Assembly (NCBI GenBank): GCA_020137815.1 | Contig: CM035351.1 | Coordinates: 7,936,001 to 8,000,000, forward strand | Source of the DNA: Hormiphora californensis | Lineage: Eukaryota; Animalia; Ctenophora | DNA: 64,000 bases | Direction of reading: 5' to 3' | Part shown: piece by piece, positions 62,748-64,000 of the stretch | How the letters are laid out: every line of letters begins with the position of its first letter | Numbering within the stretch: position 1 is the first letter of the stretch | Position numbers and translations under genes: made by a program | Notes under the pieces: model-generated | The model's database searches: none | Told to the model about the DNA's origin: nothing | The model's input: only the letters and a program-made list of their open reading frames with translations

Positions 62748-62861
62748 AACAACTGATTCTAAGTACCGGTTCATGGCGAGCTACATAGTTGTAGGTAATC
62801 TACCGATAGCCTCCCGGGAAAATTAGAAAAATATAGAGACTATTGCAATAATCACACGTAC

Positions 62862-63555
62862 GCTTATGTTGGCGAGTTCCTTGGGAGGGAAGTTACTCTT
62901 CCTCTTTTTCTTGGGAAGTAGGGCCTTGTAGTTCTCTTTCTTCTTTGACATGTAATAATAGTGGATACATTGGTCTACCTGCAGTGAGAAAAGGATGGAT
63001 TCAAGAGTTAAATCCTGGGAGAAATAAAAAGAGTTACAGTGGAATTTGTTCATAAAAGATCAAAATTGAACACGTGACCGTACCGTTTTGTTCTGGATGT
63101 GAGCGGCAATCTTGTGGAATACTTTGCCGTGTTGCCCGAATCTATCCCTGAAAGTCCTCTTCTCTGCATCAGTCCATATGTTGTGGGGGACCGTCAGGTG
63201 ACCCTTGTGTTCCCCAGCTGGATCAAAGTTCCTTCCTGAGTGAATAAGGGATCATGATATAAAGCTATCACTTTTTCTCTCTTTAACATGCGCACTGGTT
63301 TGTCTCATAACATACGTCATACCCCCGGCAGACTGAACTCTCCGAACCGGGCCGAAGAGCTTCAAGTACTGGTATTGTCTCTTACCATTCTCGTTGTAGA
63401 ATCTCCGTGCCCTATCCACAGGGTTTATCAGCATATCAGGGACACTGGCAGCACACTCGAACTGCTTATCCTCACTGTCCTGATGCTCAGTTAGCTGCTC
63501 CACAATCTCTGCCAGCTCTGCTTCAGACCTCACCGCGTTACCCCAGGTCCTAGCC
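62862..63555 (-). CDS. NCOR: NCoR/SMRT-like corepressor, DAD/SANT1 exons (gene continues toward the right edge)
   Basis: Exons 63555-63386, 63235-63084 and 62978-62862 splice to VRSEAELAEIVEQL..VPDML..RRFYNENG..NIWTDAEKRTFRDRFGQHGKVFHKIAAHIQNKTVDQCIHYYYMSKKKENYKAL, matching NCoR SANT1. The phase-0 donor is compatible with the SANT2-leading exon. Confidence 0.92.
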
Positions 63556-64000
63556 CTGCAGGTGTGGTGATCAAAAGGTTTACACACCACCGCGGGGCAG
63601 GGTGTTGAGCTGATAGTTTAGTTTAATAATTTGGTTGCCATGGTTACAAAAAAAGGATACTTTACTATTTACAACACCCCTCCCTGTGTGTTACCATGAT
63701 TACCATGGTTACATAACTCTCATATCTTACCTTTCTACGGGGTTAATACTGCAGGATATCGGCACTAAGGTATCCTTACTTTTACCAGTTCTTCAGGTGA
63801 CATAGGAGGATAGTTTCAGTATTGTTCTAACCCTCCTTTACCGATATTTGTAAAAGAGGGGCGCGGTCATGCGGTGAGAGAGGGTCGAGTAAGGCAACAT
63901 ATTACCTAACCTCTAAACACCCCCGGCCCTCTCGATATAACAGCAATTACATAGCACCCACCCATTCCCCCAAACTATCCAACTCTATTACCTGTTGAAT

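Larger units (their letters stand above)
56023..62800. mobile_element. ~6.8-kb TIR/TSD-bounded insertion in an NCoR intron carrying the LDLa-GPCR gene
   Basis: Right end CATAGTTGTAGGTAATC|TACCGATAG (62801-62809). Left end TACCGATAG|GGTGACCTACAACT in the clean copy (7022-7044), read as TACGATAG|GGGGACCACAACT at 56015-56035. Confidence 0.65.

Overview
Eukaryotic, intron-rich animal DNA with short (~50-140 nt) introns. The gene set (LRR-less LDLa-GPCR, very divergent intronless SIX gene, atypical Sox) suggests an early-branching invertebrate such as a ctenophore; that is inference only. Genes read from the sequence: NCoR/SMRT corepressor (minus), Sox HMG-box factor (plus), a secreted 6x C-type-lectin + Ig protein (plus), a SIX homeobox gene (plus), a Shaker-superfamily Kv channel (minus), an intronless LDLa-7TM receptor (plus) and orphan ORFs. 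Many foldback/MITE elements and minisatellites lie between them. Positions 1-7.9 kb recur at ~49.5-56.9 kb as a homopolymer-error-rich copy, so either a ~49 kb tandem duplication or an assembly artefact is present; ~9.2-10.8 kb and ~44.1-57.8 kb are low-quality sequence. Best candidate for a new system: the GPCR gene lies in a ~6.8 kb segment bounded by short TIRs and a 9-bp target duplication (TACCGATAG) inside an otherwise ~137-nt NCoR intron, consistent with whole-gene capture by a Mutator-like element. Other leads: a Sox C-terminus resembling the plant MYB-CC LHEQLE coiled coil, a head-to-head tRNA-derived palindrome, splice-site-containing minisatellites and a Kv S6 gate of silent-subunit type.
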